A stretch of DNA of 63,469 nucleotides, filler included, from Sanchytrium tribonematis (lineage: Eukaryota): assembly GCA_018985235.1 (NCBI GenBank). It is 7 parts of 7 records of this genome, joined end to end, with 100 filler letters (N's around TTAATTAATTAA, not from the genome) between each part and the next. Parts side by side here need not be neighbours in the genome. Positions count along the whole stretch, not along the records: positions 18,223 to 27,216 come from JADGIG010000347.1; positions 27,317 to 36,305 come from JADGIG010000348.1; 5 more parts are not named here. One strand, given 5' to 3'. The notes beneath the pieces are model-generated. The model had not been told where the DNA came from. It saw nothing but the letters and a program-made list of their open reading frames with translations, and searched no databases. The position numbers were made by a program, and so were the translations under genes. Below, piece by piece: positions 24,201 to 36,405 of this stretch (positions are counted from its first letter, which is position 1; each line of letters begins with the position of its first letter).

Positions 24201-24847
24201 ATGCCAAATATTAAAACACCGAGAAAAAATGACAGCCCCCTTCCTCGACCTGATGATATGCCGAATGAGAAAATAGGAAACGAAAAAGCCGACAATATGG
24301 ATCAAGGTTTTGAATCTTCCGGCTCAAAAAACGACGATTTTTTAGCAGATTCATCAGACTTTAAACCTGAATTTGACAAGCAAAAGGCTAACGATAAAGG
24401 ACCAGAGCTGATGGTCGCCGAAAATCAACTCCATCATATGAGGGAGATGAGTAATTATAAAAACGAACATAAAGAGTTAGATTCGGATTCTATTAAAATT
24501 AAAAAAAAGATGGAAGCCGATAAAGCAGCAGCAGAGTCTATGCAGAGGAAAAAACTTTTGGCAAACAGCCCTGATGATTTTGTCGAAGAGACCAGACTCT
24601 TGCAAAAAAAGCCAAATAAGCCCATAATAGAAGACATTGGATCCAGCTTTCCAGAAGATGATGAGCCTTTGTTTGACTCAATTAATGGCTCAGTAGTTGT
24701 GTATTAATTTAGGGGTCCAGCATTCAAACCGGCCAATCCTACGTGCCAATACTATTTTTAATAACGTTTCTGCTGGTGGCATTTTTGTTTGTAAAGAAGA
24801 GAAATTATTCCTCTAGCGGCTACAAAAAAGTTCAGTCCAAAGAATAA
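24201..24847 (+). CDS. Acidic single-pass membrane protein with YKKV tail; two exons (intron 24693-24712)
   Basis: Removing 20-nt GTAGTTGTGTATTAATTTAG extends the ORF with SYVPILFLITFLLVAFLFVKKRNYSSSGYKKVQSKE*. Confidence 0.65.
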
Positions 24848-24950
24848 AATCCGATTCTGAAACAAATAACCTAATTTCAACACTTTCGTGATTGGCTCTT
24901 AAACGTGAGCAGCAAAAGATATGTTCTTGAACATTAACTTCGAAAGTAAT

Positions 24951-25271
24951 ATGAAATATCTAGCTGCGTATCTTCTTGCTCAACTTGGTGGTACCGAATC
25001 TCCTGATGATGCATTAATTAAGAAAATTATTTCATCCGTTGGAGCTGATGTCGATGAAAAACAATTGAAACTTACAGTTGATGAACTTAAAGGCAAAAAT
25101 GTTAAAGAACTCATTGAAGAGGGCAAATCTAAATTTGCTAGCGTTCCAAGTGGGGGTGCAGTAGGTGGAGCTCCAGCAGCAGGTGGAAAGGCTGAAGCAG
25201 CAAAAGAAGAGGAAAAAGAAGAAGAAAAAGAAGAGTCTGATGACGATATGGGATTTGGTCTTTTTGATTAA
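24951..25271 (+). CDS. RPLP2: 60S acidic ribosomal protein P2
   Basis: [10 protein letters not shown]...[13 protein letters not shown]. Confidence 0.95.
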   Translation: MKYLAAYLLAQLGGTESPDDALIKKIISSVGADVDEKQLKLTVDELKGKNVKELIEEGKSKFASVPSGGAVGGAPAAGGKAEAAKEEEKEEEKEESDDDMGFGLFD

Positions 25272-25316
25272 AGTAAATCTATATATACATTTTCACACAT
25301 AACTGATTTAAAAACT

Positions 25317-25769
25317 TTATTTTATTGTCAAGAAAATATCACGAATATCTTTGGGCCTATCCTTTTCCTGTTCTTGCTCCATAGTTTCCATCAATTTGGG
25401 CATAAAAAACATCAGCCCGAAACTTACCATAGTCATAAGCATCGTGGGATTCTTAAGAAAACCTAAAATACTAAATCCTGGTTTTGGAACGTCATATTCA
25501 TATTCTTTCGAAGGCCTCAGTTGACAAGGGAACTGACTGACTCCTCTATCATGTGCAAAACCTCTCAAAGTGCAATTTTTCCCGGAAATTATGACATCGG
25601 GATATTGATATTTAGTGCTTTGAATCTGCACAATTTTTCCATCCTTTGGAATAATCAACAAGTTGTCTCTGGGGTAAATTAAATACGAGTTGTCTACCAG
25701 TGCCGGGTCGGTGCCATTGAATTCTATTAAAAATGACGCACAAAGGCTAAGCAACAAAACAAGTTTCAT
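25317..25769 (-). CDS. EMC7: ER membrane complex subunit 7-like
   Basis: Signal peptide; FSILGFLKNPTMLMTMVSFGLMFFMPKLM resembles the EMC7 TM region. Confidence 0.65.
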   Translation of the reverse strand: MKLVLLLSLCASFLIEFNGTDPALVDNSYLIYPRDNLLIIPKDGKIVQIQSTKYQYPDVIISGKNCTLRGFAHDRGVSQFPCQLRPSKEYEYDVPKPGFSILGFLKNPTMLMTMVSFGLMFFMPKLMETMEQEQEKDRPKDIRDIFLTIK

Positions 25770-25788
25770 CTGGAGAAAAAACAAATTT

Positions 25789-27216
25789 TTATTTTACAAC
25801 ATAGACTTCGTTATTCTCGTCTGTGTCCAAATTCCACTGATTTTCAACCGCAAGATGTAACAAACAAACAAATAGGGTAGACAGTTGAACATCTCCCCTT
25901 TCAATCGCATTCCTGTCAACGATTTCTGTCATTGGAATTTTTCCATCTTCTCTTTCATGCATTGCGGTTTTACGCTCAACTGATTCAACCAAGTCGCTCT
26001 TAATTTGCTGCACATTTGTAATTGTGGGTATTTTGGTAAAATTCGTTGCAGCATTTTGTGAAAAAGGAATGGTTTGTTGCGTCAATGGAAGTTCATCAAA
26101 ATTAAAATCGATGTTATTGGAATTTAAATCAATCATGTCTCCCATATCATTACTGGCGAGCAAGTTTTCATTTTCCTCAGCCAAATCTCCCAGAATATTG
26201 TCAAGGGCATCTTCATCAATTTTACTATCGACTCTAATCTTGTTAAAATTAATTTGAGATGACAAGAGCCACAGTCTATTCAATTGAATTCTTTCAAAGG
26301 GGCACATGGTTTTGTAGTCATTTTTAGTAACAACAGTTGATCCATAATTGAAATCCTCTTCAGGGAGCATCAACGATTCCTTGCTGACTAATGTGACTGA
26401 CTTTGGAGCAGTTTTAAGTTGCACAAAATTCTTTTTTATCATATCCGATCCACTTTTATTCTGAGTTTCATCGTAGTATTTAATAAAATCGAATGAGGAT
26501 TTTGTAGGCTTCTGAGAAACCGTTTTTTCATTGGCATTTTTTCTTGGCTTACGAACTTTGTAATGCATTGGACCGGCCCAATTTTGAGTAGTCTGCCACA
26601 ACAATTCGGCTTTGCCACCATCACCATCTAAAAGCAAGGACGGCCCTTCATTCGACATACGTGGTTTTAAATCTGGGTCAATCTGGCTTTGAAGCGCATC
26701 GATTTCATCTAATTCCACATAGTTTAATGGCTCTACATAGTCATGTAATAAGTGCTCCTTGTTATCATAATCAAGATGTATATTTTCTTCGAAATCCTCC
26801 ATTGAAACAGCATCGATTGAATTGATTGCTTCGGCAGCCTCCTCTTGGACAATGTCCTCCATTGCGTCTATCATAGGATTTTCTACCATTTCAGATGCAT
26901 TGCCCTTGATATTTGATGAAGCGGAAAGTCTTCTCATCTCCTCGATGTCAATGTCATTGTACCAAAAGGGCATCTCGCCCATTTTTGATAAGATTTGGAA
27001 TTCAGATGGAATTCCTTTACCTGACAAAGATTTTAGTGAAGGCAAAATTTCCCATTCCGGGTGAACGTATGCGCCGAAGGCGTCCTCTAAAAACGGCTCC
27101 ACTGGTGCCAAATCTTCGTTCGGCATCGATCTATCTACTTGGAAATCAAATCTTAGTTCTAAACCTTTCATTTTCCATTTATCTGACCATCTACCTTCCA
27201 TGAGTGGCATCATCCA
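25789..27216 (-). CDS. BRN1: Condensin kleisin subunit (Brn1/CAP-H), 5'-partial
   Basis: NWAGPMHYK and C-terminal FVCLLHLAVE motifs. Confidence 0.8.
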   Translation of the reverse strand, partial: WMMPLMEGRWSDKWKMKGLELRFDFQVDRSMPNEDLAPVEPFLEDAFGAYVHPEWEILPSLKSLSGKGIPSEFQILSKMGEMPFWYNDIDIEEMRRLSASSNIKGNASEMVENPMIDAMEDIVQEEAAEAINSIDAVSMEDFEENIHLDYDNKEHLLHDYVEPLNYVELDEIDALQSQIDPDLKPRMSNEGPSLLLDGDGGKAELLWQTTQNWAGPMHYKVRKPRKNANEKTVSQKPTKSSFDFIKYYDETQNKSGSDMIKKNFVQLKTAPKSVTLVSKESLMLPEEDFNYGSTVVTKNDYKTMCPFERIQLNRLWLLSSQINFNKIRVDSKIDEDALDNILGDLAEENENLLASNDMGDMIDLNSNNIDFNFDELPLTQQTIPFSQNAATNFTKIPTITNVQQIKSDLVESVERKTAMHEREDGKIPMTEIVDRNAIERGDVQLSTLFVCLLHLAVENQWNLDTDENNEVYVVK

Positions 27217-27316
27217 NNNNNNNNNNNNNNNNNNNNNNNNNNNNNNNNNNNNNNNNNNNNTTAATTAATTAANNNNNNNNNNNNNNNNNNNNNNNNNNNN
27301 NNNNNNNNNNNNNNNN

Positions 27317-27711
27317 GTGAATTGGTTGCCATCAATCATGGCAGTTTGTAATCCATCTGGTAATTTAGGAACAATTCCATTCAAATTGTTGTCATTAATT
27401 GCCAAATAAGTCAATGTTGTTGGGTATCCAGTGGTGGGTAGTGGGCCAGTTAGAGCATTTCCCCCCAATTCAAGACGAGTCAATTGGGGTGGTAAAAATG
27501 CTTGAAATGTGCCATTTAATCCCAAATAATTCCAAATGATGGACGTAATGACATTTGAAGTGCAAGAAACACCATCAACCCCACCCGTACAGCACTGTGT
27601 ATTGATTTGATTCATGATGGTTGGATTGATTTGTGGCATTCCCAATCCAATTGCAAATTGTTTCAATAATTGACAATCTGTAATTGCTGATGCGAGTGCA
27701 CTGAAGAGCAT
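27317..27711 (-). CDS. Secreted/surface LRR family protein, 3'-partial
   Basis: TDCQLLKQFA...QCC...GVSC...W..LGLNG cap shared with the 49785-54441 genes. Confidence 0.8.
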
Positions 27712-27812
27712 CGATGTGTTCTGAGGGGCGCTGCTATTTATATTGAAATGGTGTCCATGTATTGGATCAAAATTAGAAGTTTCTAAAAGATGGCTAAAAT
27801 TGTCAAATCACA

Positions 27813-27911
27813 TTTCTGGTGGCTTTTAACCCGTTTTAGAGTCATTTGGATTGATTCATAATGGTTTCTGGTGGGCTTTTAACCCACTCTAGAGTCATTT
27901 GGATTGATTCA
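27813..27911. repeat. Imperfect tandem duplication, ~52-bp unit, 2 copies
   Basis: TTTCTGGTGG(G)CTTTTAACCC....TAGAGTCATTTGGATTGATTCA occurs at 27813 and 27865. Confidence 0.85.
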
Positions 27912-28520
27912 CAATATAACACCAAATCTTCTTTGTGAAACTTTACAAAACATTTACAATTCTTTCTGTTTCTCCCAAAACTTTCCCCATGTTCATTCTA
28001 CTTTGTTTATTATATTCACAAAAGGAATTCTATTGGAAGCATGAACTTTCTCAAGTTTTGCGAAATATCAATTTCAAAGCAACAGCTTCTATGTGGTATA
28101 TGAAAAAGAACGAATGCATTCAACCCCTACATTCCAATATCTTATTGATTTAAACAAATTAATAATTGTGCATTATACGGAACTATTGGGTGGCATTCAA
28201 AATGAGTTGAGAATATTTCATGAAAAGAATTTGATAATTTCAAAGTAATTCAAGTGATTGTGAATCATATTTTAATCATTCGAAAAATTTGGTTGCATTT
28301 GGTTAGCTATCAAGGGCCAGAACAGTTTAAGAATTTTTTAAGTTTTATCAAATTTGCGGATGTGTCATATTTAACTAGAATTCCTGCAGATTATTTCAAA
28401 TCTGCTGAGTTTGGTAATGAATTATTTCGTTACTCTTTTAATGATCCCGACATGAATCAATTCTGTATAGATATTTTAAATCAATAAATCTCAATATTTT
28501 TTGAAACATCTCATTTAAAA

Positions 28521-30528
28521 ATGGATTCCCAATTAATCACGCTCGTCAATCAACTTCAAGATGCACTAGGTATTATCACCAATAATCCAATTGATTTGCC
28601 TCAAATTACAGTCATAGGATCCCAATCTAGTGGTAAATCATCTGTATTAGAGAATATCGTCGGTAGAGATTTCCTCCCTCGTGGATCTGGTATTGTCACC
28701 CGTAGACCATTAGTCCTCCAATTAATACACCATCCCACTGAATATGGCCAATTTCTACACAATGACACCAAATATACTGATTTTAATGAAATTAGACAGG
28801 AAATTGTCAATGAAACAGATCGATTGGCTGCTGGTGTAGGTGTCTCTCCTATCCCCATCAATTTAAGAATATACTCTCCAAATGTACTCAATTTGACTCT
28901 AGTTGATTTACCAGGTATCACCAAAGTCCCTGTAGGAGATCAGCCAGTTGACATTGAACAACAAATTAAAAACATGATTCTCAAGTTTATTACCAAACCA
29001 AATGCCATTATATTAGCAGTAACAGCAGCCAACACCGATTTAGCCAATTCTGATGGATTAAAATTAGCCAGAGAAGTCGATCCAGAAGGCATCCGTACGA
29101 TTGGCGTACTCACTAAAATTGATTTAATGGATAAAGATACAGATGTCATTGATGTATTAGCAGGTAGGGTCATCCCATTGCGACTTGGATATGTCCCAGT
29201 GATCAACAGAGGTCAAAAAGACATTAATCAAAAGAAATCCATCCACAAAGCACTAGATGATGAAAAACAATTCTTTAGTAGCCATCCAAGCTATTCCAAC
29301 AAATCACAATATTGTGGTACCCCTTATTTAGCCAAAAAATTAAATGTCATTTTAATGCATCACATTAAATCCACTTTACCAGAAATGAAACAGAAAATTA
29401 CCCATCAAATTCACTTGATTCAACAGCAATTAGCAGATTTAGGGGATCCCATTCAAGATAATGAATTAAATACCCTGTTACACATTTTAACAGATTTATC
29501 CAATGAATTTAATCGTATTTTAAATGGTCAAGCAGATATCCACGATCAATTATCAGGTGGTGCGCGTATTGCTTATGTATTCCATGAGTGGTATGCACAA
29601 GGTGTGCGTGATTTAGACCCATTTGATAAAATTAAAGATGGGGATATTCGTACCATTTTATACAATTCAAGTGGATCACAACCTGCTTTATTTGTTGGAT
29701 CTGCTGCATTTGAGACATTAGTGAGACAACAAATTGAAAGATTAAGAAATCCATCTTTAAAATGTGTGAATTTGGTACATGATGAATTATTACGCATTTT
29801 AAATCATTTATTAAATCAACAAACTCAATTCAAGAGATTTCCTCAATTAAAAGATAAAATATATACTTGTTTACTCTCATTTTTACAGTCTAATATGGAT
29901 CCTACATTGAAATTAGTAGGGGATTTGATTAATAGTGAAATTGGATATATTAATACAGCCCATCCTGATTTTATTAATGGACACAAGGCAACTGCCATGG
30001 TACAAGAACGATTAGCCAATAATGCAAGTAGTAAATTAGCCAGCATGACTCAATCTAATTCAAATCCAAGTCATTTTAATTCATTTAGAAAAAGATGCAA
30101 CAACCATCAGACAAGAAGAAGTCTTGAAAGGAGGCATGCCAGATCAAAATGGATGGTTTGGTGGCTTATTTAATAAAACAAAAAGAACCAATTTAGATGA
30201 AAATCCATCTCCACCCCCAGTGATTAAAGCACAAGGCCAATTAAATGACAGGGAAATATTAGAAACAGAAGTGATTAAATTATTATTACAGAGTTATTTC
30301 AGTATTGTCAAACGAACATTAAGTGATATGGTGCCTAAAGCCATTATGTTTTATTTAGTGAATTATTCAAAAGAGAATATGCAAAAAGAATTATTGAGTC
30401 AGATTTATAGGGATAGTGAAGCATTGAATTTATTGGAAGAATCTGCAGATGTGAGAGAACGTAGAGAGGAATTAAAGAAAACATTGGGCGCATTGCGTAA
30501 AGCAGAGAAGATTGTGAATTCCGTATAA
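28521..30528 (+). CDS. VPS1: Dynamin-related GTPase Vps1; two exons (intron 30070-30088)
   Basis: [31 protein letters not shown]; removing 19-nt GTCATTTTAATTCATTTAG joins the GED ORF ([13 protein letters not shown]). Confidence 0.9.
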
Positions 30529-30544
30529 TAAATTTGAATTTTAT

Positions 30545-30928
30545 TTATTCAGGAACTGGATACCAAGAATCTCCTACCATTCTTAAGTAATGCGTGGATT
30601 TGTTAGCTAATGGCTCACAATACGCATATGCAGAATCAAAGCAATCATTTGGGTTTGAATTGCAATATTTGCTAGTGTAATCATTGACACATTTGGACCA
30701 TTCCATTGTTACGATTTGCTTACACGTATCACAACCTGGTAATTCAGATGGAATTGCGCAAAATGTGCGTGCATTAGTGAAGCATTTAGAGACACTCCAT
30801 TCTGTTTCACAGCCATATATTCTATATAAATGATGGCATGAATTTACTGTAGATGTTGATAATGGAAATAAAGACGAATAAAAGATCATTTGATTATTTG
30901 GGGATCGAAACATGAAATAGAATGACAC
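30545..30928 (-). CDS. Small Cys-rich, probably secreted protein
   Basis: About 10 Cys in ~115 aa after a hydrophobic N-terminus (MIFYSSLFPL). Confidence 0.5.
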   Translation of the reverse strand: MSFYFMFRSPNNQMIFYSSLFPLSTSTVNSCHHLYRIYGCETEWSVSKCFTNARTFCAIPSELPGCDTCKQIVTMEWSKCVNDYTSKYCNSNPNDCFDSAYAYCEPLANKSTHYLRMVGDSWYPVPE

Positions 30929-30996
30929 AGAGACTGTACGTGTCTGAAATTAAATGAGATGTAAATTGACTGCACGGTGATTAAGCATGTCTTTAT

Positions 30997-32001
30997 TTAA
31001 TCAGATGGCTCATTATTTAATTGAAAACCTTTAAATTTAAAGGGATTCAACAATTTTAATGTTTCAGAATTAACCCGCTTCAACTCTATTTTTTCTATAT
31101 TTTTTTGTTGTATTATCAATTTATCATTTTCAAGATACATTTGAAGCTTTTTGCTGAAATAAAATCGCATATCATCCACCAATGTCACACTTTTAATAGT
31201 ACTTTTAATTTTCACAATTAATGTGATTCTCTGCAATTTAGTATTTTTAGAATCATCAATTTTAAATGTTCTACAATATAAATCATCATAAACAAGTCCA
31301 AATGATTCTAATGGAATCATATGAATGATATTTTTGGCATATTTCACAGGAAAACGCTGAAATTCACCATTTTCTTTCTGGATGGTAAATACACAATTTA
31401 AAACACATTTCAAATTTATAGTCCATCCATTTATGATTTGAGTACTCTCATGATTTGATCTGATAGTATTTACCCAAAATGCCCTATTTCCTTCTTCTCC
31501 TTTCCAACAACTTATTTTTAATTCAATATCCTCTTTCACATGACAATATGACTGACTATCTGACACCATTGATCCCATGGATTTTTTATCGTACTTGAAA
31601 TACCCGCTTTCTGACAATAGTGGTTTTTCCTCAGGAAAATCGTCTTTTTCTTCTTCCTCAGAAAATACCAAATTCGGTAAATATTTAAATGTCCTAAATT
31701 GTCCATGGCCATTCGTTTTTAATTCAAATCTGTCATTTGAATCCGCAAAGGATATATAATAGTGGCCATCGATTTCATAATATCTTGCAATTAATGAATA
31801 ATTGGGAAATACATTCCACTTGATTGATTCTTTATTTAAATTTAATGTCAATTCCCTTTTATTGATCTCATATCCATAATTATGATAACACATGAGTTTT
31901 AATGCGTACAATGAAATCATCAAAATCATCATTGTCACAAGGAGAAGATTACACGGGGTAAACCCAATCACGCTGGATGCAATGGCTAAATCATTCATCA
32001 A
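30997..32001 (-). CDS. Hypothetical protein with N-terminal hydrophobic segment
   Basis: 334-codon ORF, no recognised domain. Confidence 0.5.
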   Translation of the reverse strand: MMNDLAIASSVIGFTPCNLLLVTMMILMISLYALKLMCYHNYGYEINKRELTLNLNKESIKWNVFPNYSLIARYYEIDGHYYISFADSNDRFELKTNGHGQFRTFKYLPNLVFSEEEEKDDFPEEKPLLSESGYFKYDKKSMGSMVSDSQSYCHVKEDIELKISCWKGEEGNRAFWVNTIRSNHESTQIINGWTINLKCVLNCVFTIQKENGEFQRFPVKYAKNIIHMIPLESFGLVYDDLYCRTFKIDDSKNTKLQRITLIVKIKSTIKSVTLVDDMRFYFSKKLQMYLENDKLIIQQKNIEKIELKRVNSETLKLLNPFKFKGFQLNNEPSD

Positions 32002-32098
32002 TCATTAACCACTTATTAACCACTTGTTCCATTGATTGGGTGCAATTATTTAAATCACTCATTAAACCATAAATAAAAACCAATTCTTTCATTGTACA

Positions 32099-32471
32099 AT
32101 GATATTTACAACCAATTTAGCATCACTTCCACAATCAGCACCCAACATAAATTTAGTATCCATGGACACACAAGGCAATTCTGTGTGTTTGGTGACAGAT
32201 CGGGGTGAAATTGGATGTGGATTACAACCTAGTTTTAATTATCCTATTTTTACAGTGAATCAAATGACGGGTGCAGATGTAATACATATATTATTATCAC
32301 CATTGTATCCATACATGTGTTTATTGAATTCAAATGCACAAATGTGGTGTATGGGATTGGGAAATGCGGTGAATATATATTTGATACCACCAAGGAATGG
32401 ACAGAAATGAAGGGATTTAGTGAGATTGATGGGATTAAAATGGTAAATCAAAGTATTTGTGGGCATGTATA
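32099..32471 (+). pseudogene. RCC1/BLIP-II-like repeat fragment, apparently frameshifted
   Basis: SVCLVTDRGEIGC and MCLLNSNAQMWCMG repeats; coding-like sequence continues in another frame after ~32368. Confidence 0.35.
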
Positions 32472-32562
32472 GGGTTCTGTAGTGAATTCATTAGAATGTG
32501 TGGAGATTGGAAGTCAGTTTGATGAGCTTCAAAGAGATACAGCAGCAACTTCAATGTCAATT

Positions 32563-34138
32563 TCATAAATTGGATTTATTATACATAAAATGATCATTTT
32601 GAACATGTTTGTGATATTTGATTTTAGATACAACGAAAGCTAGTCCCATTAAGTTAAAAATAAAGCGAATTATCATTTGTGCCGTAATGGCAATATCTGG
32701 AATGTTGTATGGAATGTGCTGAATTGCAGCACGCATGGTAGAATAAGAGATATGAATGGTTGTATCAGAAGATTGTCTCGTTTGTCTTTGTGAATTTGAC
32801 AATGTTCGAGTGGTTATGCCAATTTGCCTTCTAGCTAAATAAAAATGTATTACTGACAATTATTGGAGAATCTAATGATGCGGGACTATTAACCATTGAC
32901 AATTCTGATGAGGAACCAGTAATGTTCATTGATGATTCTGTAATACGGACACTCTCTGGTAATGTCACTGCAAATGTAGATTCACCAGTCATTTCTGTGT
33001 CCTGAGTAGCCAATAATGAGTCTAATGTGATGCTTGTACCTGGTGTTGAAATTGTCAAAAGTCTAGTGGTAGAATTGATTAGATTTGCTGTAGTTGTTGT
33101 CAATGGAGGCGTATAAAAAGAGCCAAAAATGCATTTTGAATAATTTGCATAAATTGGAAGATAAGAAAGATGGTTATTTTGAGCATTACAATCCGTTAAT
33201 TGGGATGGATCTGAAATGATTAATTGATCAACCAAATTATTTTCTATTCTAAGAATTTTTATGGATGATGAAATATTGACTGTGCCACTTAGAAAATTAT
33301 CATTCATTCTCAATGTGGTGAGTGAAGAAGGAAAACAAGATGAAGGAATCATTCCAGTTAATAGATTATTGTTTAGATACAAATCTACTAATGAATTAGA
33401 AAATTTGTCTGGTAAAGATGCTGAAACACGACTACCTTGAATTGAAAATCCAGTTAGGGAATTTGGAAATGGTGGGAAAAAAGTAGCATTTAAATTTGAA
33501 TAAGTCAAATCAAATTGAATCAAATTAGGTGGCATAATTGGAATGGGACCCGTCAATTGACTATGCATAATTTTGAGTATAGTCATTGAATTTGGCAAAT
33601 CTGGGATAATTCCTGTCAATTGACTTGCTTCAATATCAATAACTTGAGTAGTATTTGGGAAACTTGATAATGTGCCATTGACTTTGATCGAATTAAGTTT
33701 TATATGAATCAAACTCTTTGGAAAACGTGGCAGATTTCCAGAAAATGCATTTCCCATTAAAAGTATAAATTGCAACGAATCAGGCCATTGGAGCGGCCCA
33801 GTTAGTCGATTATCACTAAGAACTAACGCCGTCAAAGTGTCTGGTAGTTTGGGAAGCTCTCCCTTAATCTGATTTGTATTTAAATTTAATTGTCTTAAAT
33901 TTGGAGGAATGCATGATCCGTTTAAATACCCGTCTAATGGTCTAGTAAATGTAGTTGATGGCCATCTAATAATATCTACATTTCCATTCAAGCATGTGAT
34001 GCCAGTAGAAATGCAGCAGTCTCCTTGTAAAGAAGTAAAAATGGATGGGGAGATGATATTGACGTTCAAGTAATATGCAAAATCAACCAACTTGGGACAG
34101 TCTAAAGATATGGACAGTAAAACTAAATGAAATAACAT
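32563..34138 (-). CDS. Surface LRR receptor-like protein (signal, LRR, S/T stalk, TM); two exons (intron 32835-32853)
   Basis: LDCPKL...DCC...GITC cap and LP.LP..L LRRs; a 19-nt intron joins the TM-coding ORF 32563..32859. Confidence 0.85.
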
Positions 34139-34543
34139 TTCAGAATGGGTGAGCTCGCGTCTTTTATAATGAAAATTACCCACTTTTTTAATTGATTGGT
34201 TCACGTTAGTTGGTATTTGATTTTATTGATTAGCAAATAAGTGCGCATTTTAATTCAATATTGCAGCATTGGTACCATTTGCATCCAAAACCCCATATAT
34301 CGCATTTCTTATCACTTGTAAACCACTTTGGAACTGGTTTTGGGGATGGTTTTGGTGCTGCCAGTAGCAATGAAGTGAAGATCATGATGTTGATATGGGC
34401 CAGAGCTCTTTAAATCAGTAGAAATTCCTAATTTCAGAAAAAATAGTTTCAAGTAGCAAATCACAGAATCTGAGCGCAACTGGCCATCACAGAATAGTCA
34501 AGTCCAAGACAATCGTCACGTCATCTAGACAATAACAATTTAT

Positions 34544-35485
34544 TCAATTCAATTTAAAATAAACACTTTCTGCAAAATATTCATAATTATCCGCATTATT
34601 TACAGCTTGCAATGGATCTTCAATAGCCAATGCGATTGCCTCATCTTTACCATACTCTATATCATCGGTACCACCAACAGTCAAAAAATGACTCAATTCA
34701 TGCACAAATACACCTGGTTTTGAATCCCATCCTTTTGAATTCGTTTTAAAGAATTGGTTGCAAACATATAGCATATCTGATTCATTCGGATATACAAATG
34801 CATAAACACCATTAGATCCACATGATTCTGCATCAGCACAAGTCACATCAAATTTGTGGGATTTACTTTTTGTATAAATTTGTTGAACGTGTTTAATATT
34901 GGCATTTACACCAAAATATTGAATGGATTTGGTGTGATCTTTGGAATGCAAGTTGATAAGTGCAGCATCGAGTAATTTGGGATATTCTGCAATCGCGTAT
35001 CGAGTTGATTTTAATTGATTTGGGGTACATTCAAACATGGTAAATGTGGGTTGAATGGCTCTTTTATGTCTTATAAATGCAATCACAGGTGTTGAAATGC
35101 TATTGGATTGGATAATTTGTGGTTTACTGCATTCAGAAGCAGTGCAAATGCGTAATGGAAATTTGGCAAATAATTCAACATTGCCATGAAATGTGTTGTA
35201 TCTTTTAGAAATGGAAATGGATTGAGTAAGGGATTGATGTGGCTGAATGGTAGTGGTTATAGATTCTAAATCATCATAATTCCAATGGACATGTTGACCA
35301 AAAAAGTCTTTTTTGTTGCCATTTTGATGAATTTGCAATACATCTTCACGTAATCCTGAGAATGGTGTATTGGCAGTCATGATAGTCACTGGTGCATCAG
35401 ATGGGTTGATTAATGTGACTTGGATGACATCTATTTGCAATGGACTGATGATTAATTGAAATGCAGTAATAATTGGGAAATACAT
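34544..35485 (-). CDS. M35 family (aspzincin/Lys-specific-like) secreted metalloprotease
   Basis: HELSH, GTDDIEYG, NADNYEYF; prodomain ending in RHKR. Confidence 0.85.
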   Translation of the reverse strand: MYFPIITAFQLIISPLQIDVIQVTLINPSDAPVTIMTANTPFSGLREDVLQIHQNGNKKDFFGQHVHWNYDDLESITTTIQPHQSLTQSISISKRYNTFHGNVELFAKFPLRICTASECSKPQIIQSNSISTPVIAFIRHKRAIQPTFTMFECTPNQLKSTRYAIAEYPKLLDAALINLHSKDHTKSIQYFGVNANIKHVQQIYTKSKSHKFDVTCADAESCGSNGVYAFVYPNESDMLYVCNQFFKTNSKGWDSKPGVFVHELSHFLTVGGTDDIEYGKDEAIALAIEDPLQAVNNADNYEYFAESVYFKLN

Positions 35486-35817
35486 GTTGGAAATGGGGAT
35501 ATGCATTATTTATAGTACTCACACATCATGGGATTTGTAATAGACCATCCGGATGTGCAAAAATGGCGAGAGAATGGATTTTCAAATCAAGGGGATTGGC
35601 ACACATTTGCCAATTTTAATCGCCAATTGGGTCATCACTCGACTCGCAATTGCCATTCAAAGAACTCTGTAAATGACTGCTCTGTGCCCAAATGAGCATC
35701 TGCTTGCATCTATTCTGTTTGGCGTCTTGCCCATTTACCAAGTCTGATATTTCTGTGACTATTTAGCGGTACTAAATTGTTTTATACATAAATAGAGCCA
35801 TTTCCCATTTAATTAAC

Positions 35818-36060
35818 ATGATTTCATTACTCGCATTCACAATCTTCGCAGCACCAGCTACTGTTGCAATAACACCAGCACATTTGTTGCTTAAACAAAT
35901 CAATGAATGCGTTGCCAGAAAAAATTATAAATGTGAACTTGAACATGGTCCGAAATGTGTACCTATAGAGGGTTACAATGATTGTGGTCCAGATATTAAA
36001 ATGGTCAGTTGTAAACTCGGATCAGTTACTTCATGTCTGGCAAATCCAGCAGCGAAATAA
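35818..36060 (+). CDS. Small secreted six-Cys peptide
   Basis: Signal peptide MISLLAFTIFA, six Cys, upstream TATA/CCCAT motif. Confidence 0.6.
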   Translation: MISLLAFTIFAAPATVAITPAHLLLKQINECVARKNYKCELEHGPKCVPIEGYNDCGPDIKMVSCKLGSVTSCLANPAAK

Positions 36061-36405
36061 TAAATATGATATATTTATTAATCCCATTAAAAATCAACGC
36101 ACTGTCTCCTCGCCTCAAATTGTCAAATGTCAATTACCCATTTTTAAAATGATGTTTTTCTCGCTCTACGGTGCTCAGTATATCAAGTGGAACAATGGAT
36201 ACTCTGCTGGTAACACACGCTTACAGAATGTAAATCCATTTGTGATTTGGATGATTTATGTACTGGGTTTTCATATTCTAATGGATCCGTGTGTCATTTC
36301 CAACGNNNNNNNNNNNNNNNNNNNNNNNNNNNNNNNNNNNNNNNNNNNNTTAATTAATTAANNNNNNNNNNNNNNNNNNNNNNNNNNNNNNNNNNNNNNN
36401 NNNNN

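Noticed and set aside
27813..27911. CRISPR-like repeat
   Set aside because: Only two adjacent copies with no spacer and no cas genes; the same applies to 58620-58795.
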